Source: the human T2T-CHM13v2.0 reference genome, Homo sapiens. From it: a stretch of DNA of 64,000 bases. Under the pieces are notes generated by a model that saw only the letters and a list, made by a program, of their open reading frames with translations, was not told the DNA's origin and did no database searches. A program made the position numbers and the translations under genes. Shown piece after piece: positions 1 to 12,406 of the stretch. Each line of letters starts with the position of its first letter. The first letter of the stretch is position 1. The stretch lies in the NCBI RefSeq assembly GCF_009914755.1, contig NC_060942.1; one strand, given 5' to 3'.

Positions 1-1099
1 TTAAGGGCATGATGACCCCTTTCACAGAAAGGCATGGCTTAAGGCAATCTCCAGTCAGCATTAATGATTTAAAATGAAATGTGCATGTAACAAAGTTGTA
101 AAGGCAGGAATCTTACTATAAATAAATTCTAGGAAGGAAAATTTATAGTCAGGAATATGAGGAGAAAAGAAAAGGTATTCTTTGGACAGGCCACTGAATG
201 GAGTGCTGAGAACAATATGTAAACTTCACTGAAAGGGCAGCAAATCAAGGACTGAAACAAAAGATGAAAGAAAATGTAGGTACTCAAAGCACAGACTAGC
301 AGAAGCAAAGGGAAGCAGTAGGGAGAAAACACTTACAGATTTGACCCATGTTCAAAATTTTACTGGATGTGAACTCAACAACATTCATCTCTGGATAGAA
401 TGCTGGTAATTTTCTGTAGCTCCAACAGCAATAATGATAAATGAATTTCTTTACAGCCAAGTGGCTCAAGCAGCCAACTACGTTACCACTATATAATTAA
501 TAACAATAAGCAATTAAAGAGAACAGCAGGTTACAACTATAAGGTGTCAAAATATATCAGCAAAGGAAAATACAGCAATGATACACTTAAAAGAAAAATA
601 AATGTACAGCACATGAATCCATGTAGTGTCTTCTTCCAGACTATATTTTGGATAAAGCTTTTATGTTTGAAGAAAAATAGACGATGGCCTAAAACTACTA
701 TAAAGCAATTAATATCCCTCCAAAAACAAATAACACTCCTAATGCTCAGAGAAATCTGAAATGTGATATGGGACACACGACTGGGAAGGCACACAAGAAT
801 TGGCTGGCTACTATTTGGCATTTTTTTTAAATTAAAAGATAATTTTTTAAATTAAAAGACATTCTAATAAATACCTCACAAAACTGTATTTTTTGGCTTA
901 AGTATTTTCAAAGATTTTCATGTAAAATTGAGGAGAAGCAAGCAACGAGGAGAGTGGAGGAAAAAAGAAAGGGAAAGAGTCAACATGGTACATTTGGCTG
1001 AACACTGGAGCACTGGATAAAATTTAGAAGGAGCTTGGAGATGCTCTAACTAAGGACTTTTTTAAAAGATGAGAAAATTGAGACTATATATATATATAG

Positions 1100-1257
1100 T
1101 TTTTATTTTTATTTTTTAGAGTAAAGGGGTCTTTGCTCTGTTGCCCAGGCTAGAGTACAGTATATGTGCTCATAGCTCCCTGCAGCCTCAAGCTCCTCGG
1201 CTCAGGCAATCCTTCTTGAATAGCCAGGACTACAGGTGTGTGCTGCCATGCATGGCC
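1100..1257 (-). mobile_element. Alu monomer (FRAM/AluJ right-arm type) inserted in a MIR-like remnant
   Basis: Poly-T followed by GCTCTGTTGCCCAGGCTAGAGT...CATAGCTCCCTGCAGCCTC...ACTACAGGTGTG...GGCC. Flanked by exact TSD TGAGACTATA (1079-1088, 1258-1267). Confidence 0.85.
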
Positions 1258-1685
1258 TGAGACTATAGATATTAACCAACACACCCATGACAGAAAAGCC
1301 TTATGGTCATGGCCAGCACCAGAATTCAGGCTTCCCGAATCCAAGATTATACTGTCCCACCAACCTTCACTTAAAAAAGAAGTTATTTCCTCCCTTAGTA
1401 CAATGTAAGTTGTCAAGGAAACAAAACAGCAGTTACTGTTTTCTAGATCTCTTATTGATGTGCAAGGAGCTATTTCTATTTCCATGCCAACCTGGTGACG
1501 CCTTTGCTCCCTGACAAATCAAGGCCTGAATTTATTCAAATCCACCTCATCCCCCTATGTCTTAAGCAGCTACTGTTAAAGTCTCTCTCACCCCTTGAAA
1601 GCTTTTCTTCTCCTTTTAGGGAAGGGAAGCCTAAGTTGATGTGATGCACCTGTTGGAAGGCTGGAAAATTTGGTTATAGGAAGTT

Positions 1686-1733
1686 AAATTTCCCATATCT
1701 AGAGATAGAGATATCTCTAGATATGGGGAATTT
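1686..1733. repeat. 22-bp inverted repeat with 4-nt GAGA loop
   Basis: AAATTTCCCATATCTAGAGATA-GAGA-TATCTCTAGATATGGGGAATTT; 21 of 22 pairs are Watson-Crick, plus one T-G. Confidence 0.9.
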
Positions 1734-2319
1734 TATCTCCCTAGATGGTGCTCCTAGAGGGGCTAGGTAAAGCACTTGGGTCTGAGCTGTCAGTCTGAAG
1801 GAAATCTTCCCGATTATACAACCTGTGATGGAGTGGCTGAACGCTGATGCTCTGTATGACAATAACCCAATGATTTGCTTAAACTGTTACCCAAAACCCT
1901 GTGGAGGCTGGGCTTGAGTGCTCCTTTATGGAGTTATAATTACTCAAAAACAAACACTGATTTCTTAATTCTATTCTGCCTATAGCTAACTGTACTTCTT
2001 CAAGTACCTGGATCATTCCCCGATATAGTGTTAAATTGAGTGTTTGAGAAGAAACCGAGACTGCATGCATAACCCAAAGTGTGTGGCTTACTAGAAACAT
2101 AACCCCATACTTACGTATGGAAAATAGGTCAGCTCAATATATTCCTAACCTACTTTTCTCTCTTGGGCACCATTCTGGATACACTAGCACATCTAGACAC
2201 TGTATGCTGAAGCCAAGATGTTACTGGCATATCAATGAATCATACTCATTTCTAGTTCCTTCTGCTGTTTTCTGTCAATCAAGAGCTATCTAAGTGAGAC
2301 AGTTGTTATCCTCTGTGAT

Positions 2320-2432
2320 GGGAAGAGAGAAGGAGTAAGGGAGGGAAGAAAGAAGGGTGAGAGGAAGGGAGGGAGGGAGGGAGGGAAGGAGGAAATAAGG
2401 AAGGGAGGGAGGAAGGGAGGAAGGAAAGACAA
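2320..2432 (+). repeat. Polypurine (GGAA/GGGA)n low-complexity tract
   Basis: Near-pure G/A run, e.g. GGAAGGGAGGGAGGGAGGGAGGGAAGGAGGAAATAAGGAAGGGAGGGAGGAAGGGAGGAAGGAAAG. Confidence 0.9.
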
Positions 2433-5400
2433 AAGACTCGTGGTAAGAAAGATTTCTTTCTCATTTCTACTTAGTTATGAAGTGTGATGAAGAAGTAGAT
2501 GTCTCTGGGTATTTTTGCTATGTCAAAAACCAAAGCTAAAGACTATGAAAAAGGGCCCAACAAAAACCATGGATTAGTTAATAAGTCTATCTGTTAAATA
2601 AAGAATGAGACATAATAGTTATGGAGTGCTCTTTCTCCGATGATAATTCCTTATATTACCTTCTTTAAAGCTATTAAATATTTCTAAGTCTATAATGCCA
2701 AATTATAAATATGTCTGGGGCACAATAAATTTTTAATCCCCTATCTTTATGACAATTTTTCTATAACCTGAACCAGCTCATTCAAGATCCACTTAAAAAA
2801 TTTAAAAATTGTATACTATGTCAATATAAAGGCTGATAATGACTCTCCTAACACAAAAGGAAATCTACTGACATAATCTCACTAAAATATCTGTCAATGG
2901 CCTTAAAACATTTTATATATTTAAAGGCTCTGTTTTGCCTTGCATGATATGTGATACAATAAGCACAGAATTCCAATGCTGTCTTAAACAATCTAAGTAG
3001 AAGTCTGATGCCAAGGACTGTAAAGTTTATTTCCTTTCTGAAAGCAAGTCATATTTAGCTCACTTATTGGTTTCATTCTTGGTAAAGAAATCATAAAAGT
3101 CCAGGACAGAAAGTGACCTATAGGGATGACCTGGCCTCTTGCCCTTTTCTTTGCTTCTGGAAAGCAGTAGCAATGTTTGGTTCCTTAAAGACAAAGATTA
3201 GCATGAGGATTTTTAAATTTGACAATCTGGAGAAAAGCGAATACCTTTATATAATTTTGTGGAACTGTAATTGTTGCGTAAAACAGGAGACGTAGGGTCT
3301 GATCTGAACCAGTAACAAAAGTTCTCATCTCAGAATACAGGAGAAAAGACAGTTCAGAAATTGAAACAAGAGTGGGTAAATAGAGATTAGCATGGTATGA
3401 ATGTGCAGAAAATAAAAAAGTGAATACATAATTTCAGCATATTTTCAGCCAATTGCAATAATTCAGCATGCATAGATACTTATATTTAGAGAAAAATGCC
3501 CAGGCAAAATAATTTTTTTTCTCTGGGACGGGAAGAGATGTTTTCTTAATTAAATTTTGCCCTGGGCTATTTTAAAGAATTAAAAATAAAATAATTCTCA
3601 AAGAATTAGACATAACTATTGCTCTCTCAATAGGACAGCATGGGATTGATGAAGAGACAGACTGGCATTCTGGCTCATGTAGTTCAGTCTGAATCTTCTT
3701 CTTCCTCTACCAGATACTCACAATTCAGCTAGACACGTCTCCAAAGGGAACATCGAGAGGAAGGGGAAGAATGCAACCAGTGACACACAGGACCTAGAAT
3801 CTAGGCATCTCTCTTTTGAAATGAATATTAGAAATTCTATCTTAAACTGATAACAGCAGGGAAATTCCAAATCAAAGTAATCACTATGGCCTTAATTCAC
3901 CCGAGTAGGTCTAAATATGATCTCATCTTCTGCAAAATATCAGACTTTGTGCTTAGGCCAACTTGACTTTTAAGCACAAGATGTTGAAGGAAGTGTCTAC
4001 ACAAGTCAAACTCATGGGCATGTCGAAGGCCCCATAAAAATGAGACTCTTATTGTTGCTAAGATTATAACAATGGTACATTCTCCTCCCCTTATCTCTGA
4101 GGATGATTATAAATATAATAACTACTGTATTTATATAGCCCTTTACAATTTTCAAAATGTGTGGGTGTGGGTTTATATACATCCATTCTCAATTAATCTG
4201 CTCAATAACACAAATTTCTCCAGGTAACTCAAGTCCTAGGAAGAGCTTTACTGATTTGCTTGAAGTGATATGGGTAGTTACTGAGAGCCTGGCTCAAATA
4301 TGGATTTAGATTCCAGATTAGAGAAAAGAAAACAACTAAATTTCAGTATCGGAGCAAATTTTTAGTTAAATCGTGTATGATGCTTAGTTTACTGGGTCCC
4401 TATGCCCAGGAAGATAGGAGATCATCCATCTACTTGTGTTGATAACGTATGTTTAGTTAAGGCAGTGAACAGCAATAAAGAGAAAATTAGAAAAATATAC
4501 TTTCAGCTTGGGCCTTTCTGGTTATTTTGATGGTTTATTTTAGGGCCCTTTTAAGGTTTCATTAAGGCCAAAAATGTGGTATTCGTTTTGTTGTTGTTGT
4601 TGTTGTTTCTGAATTTATCAAGATTTAATTTAAAACTTGGCATTAAAAAATCTGACTAATTCATGAAGAAATAACCTATTTCAATTTTGCTCTTATGGGT
4701 GAGAAAACTGATATGATTCATTTTATTAACAAACTGTTTGAAAATCCAAAATGTCATTATTTTCAAACTGTATGAAACAAGACAGAATCATTTGTTTCCC
4801 AACAAATGGTACCCGTTACAAGGTTGTTTTCTCTTCCTCATGTGGAGAGTTTCACATATACTGCTAAATATCACTTACTGAGTTGATTTGGAAAATACCA
4901 GGAAAACCATATACTGTACAGCTCAAATGATTGGGGTTAACAAAAACAAACAAACCCTCCCGGCCCCCAGAAATGTAAATAAAAAGTTAGATTTCCCTGT
5001 ACTACATTTGATTGCATTAATTGATGTTTAAAAAAAAATCCGTTGAAAATAAAGCCCAGCAGTAGCATTTTTCTTTCCTAAATCACAATAGCAGCACATT
5101 ACCAACATTACCAAAAGGTCCCCTGGTGCGATTGTAAAGTTCTACTCTGGCAGTAAAATGCTTCTACTGTGTGTTCTCCATTTTCATCTCCACCCTCCCC
5201 AATATATAAGAAAGCAGGTCACGAATGCAATTAAGCCTGCTTGTGTGTTGCTTAAATATTAATTTCTGATGAATGCTCAGATACTGAATAGTCACCCACT
5301 ACATCTTTTAAAATATATATATTTTAAAATCCTCTTATTTTAACATAGGGTTTGAGCTTGGTTAGTAAGCAGATCATTACTAGTGAGTCCAGTTTTATAA

Positions 5401-5604
5401 TCTGTCATCTTTTCTACTGTCACAAAAGTTGCTTCCACAGTGGGAGGGAAATTCTTGGTATACAAGGCATGTACTAGGCCTGGTATGTTAGCAAACACAG
5501 ACCTCTACTACAGATGTAAAGTAACTTACACTATAGTGTACAGAAGAGACAGTATTTATAGAAATCAGCACAGGCATCATCCCCAAAGCCTTTCTTCCCA
5601 TGCG

Positions 5605-5865
5605 ACATGGTGGAGAGGTTCAAAAAACAAAGGCTTTGGGATCACTTAGCAGGTGGGATGCCCAACCCTGCCACTAACAAGCTGAGCCATTTCACATAGG
5701 TTATTTATCCTTGCCTTCGTCAAATCATCTATTAAACGGGAATATCAAGTACCTATGTCGTGGGACTGTAGAAGTGAGACTCAATCAAAATAACATATAT
5801 AAAGTATCTAGCATAATACTTGGCCTATGGTAACTACTCAGTAAATGTGAGTTATTCTTGTTATT
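5605..5865 (+). mobile_element. MIR SINE, near full length, degenerate
   Basis: CTGCCACTAACAAGCTG...ATCTATTAAACGGGAATATCAAGTACCTA...CTTGGCCTATGGTAACTACTCAGTAAATG follows the MIR consensus order. Confidence 0.7.
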
Positions 5866-7111
5866 AAGAATGAAACAAATGTTTGTTCCTTTGTTGAAAT
5901 ATCTTTTAACACTCAGCATTTTTACCTTCTTATTATCTAGGATACAGATCTTACTCTGTTTTCCCAACACTTCAGCCAGTTATTTTAAAAGATTAAACAG
6001 TTTTGATGCATAATTTTTAGATCTATACTGGAAGACTTTCTCTGAATATCTAGTCATTTATATAATCAGAAATGGAAGTTATCATATTCATCCTTGTAAA
6101 TATTTTCTTTGAGTTTTTAAATAATATTTAGAATACTCCAAGAGTCTTCAAGCTGGGTATACATGGAAGGCAGCTATGTGTACCACTAAACTGTGAATGC
6201 ACAACCTGAGTGTACATAGAGGCTTTCAAAGAAGTATGCAGACTGCGGTAATAATTCAGAGGGAACTGATTTTCAGTGTTAAAACTCCACATGGACTCTT
6301 TCCTAAAACTGATCTGCCTGCAAGCAGCCTGTGGTCTGCTGGTTCCCCTATCTCGCCTCTCCTTATACTTAACCTTGTCCTATTGTACAAAATGTGGGAG
6401 TACTTCCTGCCCTTTCTCAATCTTACTCATGTTTTGTCCTGGGCTGCAAAAATCTTCTGGGGGATTCAAAAACTGGATACCTGCTGTGGAATAGATCCGC
6501 AAGGGTGAAAGCAAAATTTGTCATGGTACAACATGCTGAAGAGGGCAGTGCCTTTTTCATCCAGGTGGGAGACTCACAAGGCTTGTGCCTTCTCCATCTC
6601 TCTTAGAGCTAGAATTTAGAAGTGAGATTATTGTCACAGGAATGCATATTAACACTTTCATTTTCAAGTCAAAGTCAGACTTTTTCTGACATTAAGTGTA
6701 AGTTTGTTTTGGCTTATGACTTTGACAGTGAAGACTGGCTTTGTCCTTTAAATTACATGGCAAGTATCTCATCCAATTGAATGAGATAAATGTTAATGAT
6801 AAAAATATACTTAAAGTATATGCAATATACAGTGCACTGAAAATTGCATTTTTTCAATGACTTAATTTATGATTAAAAAATTTTTATAGGTGCCAAATTA
6901 AAAGCATGAGGAGATATATAATTTTAAAAGTTGTTTTTGGGGTTACACAAACAACTTTGAAGATGTAACATATATGGTATAAGTTTTTCTTTTTTTTCAT
7001 GTTTTTGTCTTATCTTTTTACTGCTTTTACAATTACCATTTTAGTGTTTTATCATTTTGGCAATGTTAGTAATAATAGATATTGGAATTCATAGTTCTTA
7101 TTCCATTTTAA

Positions 7112-7511
<400 letters not shown>

Positions 7512-7529
7512 TAATTTATTTGATTTTAA

Positions 7530-8530
7530 TTTAATTTTTAAATTTTAGATTCAGAGGGTACATGTGCAGGTTTGTTACATGAATATATTGCATAATGGTG
7601 AGATCTGGACGTCCGTTCAGTGTACCCATCACCCAAATAGTGAACACTGTACTCAATAGGTATTTTTTTAACCCTCACGCCCCCAACCCTCCCCCATTTT
7701 GGAGTTCCCAGTTTCTATTATTTCCATCTTTATGTCCATGTGTATCCATTGTTTAGTTCCCACTTATAAGTGAGAATATGTGGTAATTTGATTTTCTGAG
7801 TTAGTTCACTTAGGATAATGGTCTCCAGCTCTATCCATGTTGCTGCAAAGGACACGACTTCATTCTTTTTTATGGCTGCATAGTATTCCATGGTATAAAT
7901 GTACTTCATTTTCTTTATCCAATCATCCATTGATGGGCATTTAGGTTGATTCCATTGCTTTGCCACTGTGACTAGTGCTGCAATAACACAGGTACGCAGG
8001 TGTCTTTTTATATGATTTCTTCTCCTTTGGGTAGAAGCCCAGTAGTGGGATTGCTGGGTGGAATGGTAGTTTTATTTTTAATTATTTGAGAAATCTCCCA
8101 ACTGTTTTTCATAGAGGTCGTACTAATTTACATTCTCACCAACAGTATATAAGTGTTCCCTTTTCTCTGCATCCTTGACAACATATGTTGCTTTTTGACT
8201 TTTTAATAATACCGTTCTGACTGGTGTAAGATGATACCTCATTGTGGTTTTAGTTTGCATTTCTCTGATGATTAGTGATGTTGAGCATTTTTGCATGTTT
8301 CCTGGCCACTTGTATGTCTTCTTTTGAGGAATGTCTGCTCATGTCCTTTGCCCACTTTTTAATGGAATTGTTTGTTTTTTTCTTGTTGTGCTGTTTGAGA
8401 TCATTGTGGAATCTGGATATCAGTCCTCTGTTGGCGGCACAATTTGCAAACATTTTCTCCCATTCTGAAGATTGTCTGTTTATCCTGCTGATTATTTCTT
8501 CTGCTGTGCCAAAGCTGTTTTGTATTTAGT
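7530..8530 (-). mobile_element. L1 3' fragment (L1PB-like): ORF2 C-terminus and 3' UTR
   Basis: ORF 7730-7966 (WNQPKCPSMDDWIKKMKYIYTMEYYAAIKKNE) is the L1 ORF2p C-terminus. 3' UTR antisense GGGTACATGTGCAGGTTTGTTAC. Confidence 0.92.
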
Positions 8531-9214
8531 TTGAACTATACCAAGTGTTTTTAATCTTTATAATTCTTATATTGATTTTCTTCTTCTATATTCTTCCTCT
8601 TCTCCTCCATATAGGAAAAACAGAGAAGGAAGAAAAGGGAGAAGAAGCCATAGGCTGTGGGGCAGAAAGGGACCCTGCTTCCAGGAGTGTGTTTAGACAG
8701 GAGAAAGACAGGAGACAGCAGAGTTTTATCAAAGTGGGTTTCCCATCTACAGTCAGTTCTGTCAGCTGCCCCAAAGCAGTGGTGGGTCTTGCAGGATCTG
8801 GGAGGTAAAACTGAGGCAATGGCTGTAAGGGCTGAAACACCGAGTCCGCTCAGCAGAATGCTATCAGCGGGACTGAGGAGGTGAGGAGAGGTGGGCCTGC
8901 GCCTTGGGTCCTGCCTGCCCCCTTGCATCCTGCCTGATCCAAAATCCCAAAAGTGTGGGGTTTTGTTTTATATGGTTTTTGTTGTTGTTGACTGAATGAA
9001 TGGAAGGCAGGAGACCAAAAAAGAAAGAAAAAGAGGGAGAGAATGAGAGAGGGAGGGAAGAGACAGCTTTGGTGAAGCCGCAGGGTTATAAGGGATTTCA
9101 AGTCCACCCATGAACGAGGTAGAAGCACATGGTTGATTCTTCTTTGTATCCTCAAATAATTCAATATGTCGTCAAAGAGATCTTTTCAAATTCACACCAT
9201 TCCTTTACTTGTGA

Positions 9215-9811
<597 letters not shown>

Positions 9812-12298
9812 TAAGAATGAGATTAAAAGAATGGTCTGAATAAGCACTTCAATGCTACTGCATTCCACTTGTCCCACACTGTCCTTACTAATCTATGGGC
9901 AATCACAATTTCTTTAGAGTGCTACCTCATTGTAACCTCTAGAAACCAGACGATATTAGAAGTCATTGTGTTTAACGAAAATTCTGAGGACTCATGTGAT
10001 TTTAAAGGCTCAATTAACTTAATAGTTACTAGGGAAAAATACATTTTAAAAATTCAGTATGAAATATCTGCGTTGGGTGTTTGCATCATACTAGTCTCTC
10101 AAGAACTTTACCCTCTTTGCCAACTGCTACATAATATCTGACCAGCTGTTCTCAAGTAAAGCTGACACCCCTGGTCAGTCAGTGAACAATGTGCAGACAA
10201 GGAAGAGGTGCACAACACCCTGTGTGCCAATGTGATGCTTTCCTTCTTTTTAAGGGGCTAAACTGCCCATTCATTAGCCTTTGCAACTCTCAATTTCCAA
10301 GGCACAGGCTCGAGTCTTCTCATTAGCACTGAATTCCCTGCCTCTAAGAAGAGCACAGATGTCAGGCAAGCCTGACCCAGTATCTGGCTGATCAGATGCT
10401 GTTTACTTTCATAAGCCCGAGGTTTTACTGCATCTTGAGACGAGGCAGTGGGATTCTTCTCTGGCCCTCCTCGGCGTGGCGGAGTAATGGAATGCACAAC
10501 AAGCTCACAAATGGCCTGTGCCCACAGCCGCAGATCACTATGAGGAGAGGGCTGCTGTTTTCCGTGGGAAGCTTCCCTAAAGGACAAAGGGTCCAGACTG
10601 CTTCTCTGGAAACCAAATCTGCAGGAGGCTCCAGTCCTCTGAAACAACCAGGCATGCTTTGGCACATTCAGCCTGGGGCAAATGGCCTACTCTCCTGTCC
10701 TCTTCAGAAAATGTTCTTTGTATGGAGTTAAATAAATAAATAAGTGCATGCATACATATCTGCATACATACATACAAATATGAAATGAATCTCTTTAATA
10801 ATCTCCAGATATCATCTCAGCTCATGTATGAGGCAGTCGCTAGGGGCCCGTGACAAAGGGGCCTTTGGGTTTTCTCTTTACCTTTGATCTGCATTATGAA
10901 ATGTTAATGTTCATCCCATCAGGGCCCCTTCCAGAAACACACCCTTTCTAGAAAGGCGTACCCCTGCCCACTACAACTTCCACTCAAATTCACCATTTAT
11001 ATTTAAGTGCTGACTCTGAGCTCATGCCCAGAAGCACTGACATTTTTAAACAGGGCTAGCTAAACTGCTAAATAAAATTTATTGATGATAAAGAGCACGG
11101 CTGAGATTAAATTGTGGCAATTTAATAATAAACACACTCCCATCCAGCGCATCTTGCCATTCTGCATACACTTAATGTATGAACCTTGACTCCAAGCATT
11201 TTGTCTGTAGTAGGGAATGTGGGGTGCGGGGGGGCAGAGTCCATAGAATCTATAATTTTGAGTTGATTAGGTAGGAAACAACCACAAGCACATATTTTGA
11301 TATCTCTATTAACAGCCTGTTCGTGTCTAACTGCAAAACTTGGTTGCACTTCTTTCACCATCTTTGCCCAAGACAGACCAGTAAACACAATTCCTCTCTC
11401 TATAATTAGCCTTTTCTCTGAGGGCCCTGAAGTAAGTCTGCATGCCGTAGATTTAATATCCAGTGCTATATCCATATGTGCTGCCCTTGCCTGGTCCCAG
11501 AGCATATAAACTCCCCTATTAGCAGCCTTGACTGCTTAATTATGCAGATTTTTTTTGTACCCGCCTGCCTGTAAAATTACTGTGTCTAACCTTTTTTTTT
11601 TTTTCCTCTTTGCACCATGCTGGCCATTCTAATGAAATCGGCATGGGGAAAGGGCCTGATTTGCAGTTATGGAGGCTGGATCGCACTGGCAATCTGTCCT
11701 TAGTGGGAGTTACAAAAGAAGTCAAATGCCTTCATCTGGCTCTACCCTATCATCCCCAAGGTGATTGAGTTCACTTCCCGATGCTTCCCAAGTTTTCCTC
11801 AGGCTGTCCAATCAGCAGGTCCACCAGGGAGCCCAGCCTAGCTTGCAACAGTCTCTGTATCTAGTTACAGCCCCACCAGGGACAGTCAACCATCCACCCC
11901 CAAGCCTTCAGATGAAAACCTTTTCTAACAAGGCCGCCCAGCGCCAATGAAATAACACACATCTGCATATCCACTGGGTCCCATGTTTCTTGTGCTCATG
12001 GATTATGTATCTTGCAGCCTCTAATAAAGAAATGCAGTTCTTTGTTTAATGTTTATCTTGTGCTTGTTAAGCAAATGCTAATGTTGTATCAGAATGCTTT
12101 AGTGCTATTTAGGTTTTTGGTGATTTACTACAAGACAATCTGCTGTGAAGTAAATTTAGAGAGGGAGAAAAGGGAAAAAATCATTCTGGTTGAAAGGCAG
12201 AAAAAGAAAAAGGTTTGACAGAAAAATCAAGGAAAAGGGAATGAGATAGCGTGGAGAGAACGAGGAAGTGGGAGTGTGCTAGAGACAGCAAATGCCTG

Positions 12299-12338
12299 AG
12301 ACAGACAGACAGGCAGGCAGACCGAAGGACGGACGGAC

Positions 12339-12403
<65 letters not shown>
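12299..12403. repeat. Compound microsatellite (ACAG)/(GCAG)/(GGAC) followed by (AC)31
   Basis: Read directly; pure AC run at 12341-12402. Confidence 0.97.

Positions 12404-12406
<3 letters not shown>

Noticed and set aside
337-488. Possible 152-nt minus-strand exon (TAG|...|GTAAGT) with one open frame (GNVVGCLSHLAVKK...)
   Set aside because: Weak pyrimidine tract, weak exonic donor bases, unrecognised peptide; compatible with chance.
821-862. 20-bp tandem duplication TTTTTTAAATTAAAAGA
   Set aside because: Ordinary slippage in AT-rich DNA.
3192-3204. AAGATTAGCATG resembling U6 snRNA
   Set aside because: Match is only ~12 nt and the flanks do not follow U6.
5306-5329. 24-bp palindrome TTTTAAAATATATATATTTTAAAA (similar one near 40934)
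   Set aside because: A/T-only low complexity; expected by chance.
10258-11509. Overlapping 110-135 aa ORFs on both strands
   Set aside because: No recognisable domain or exon boundaries; locally higher GC lowers stop frequency.
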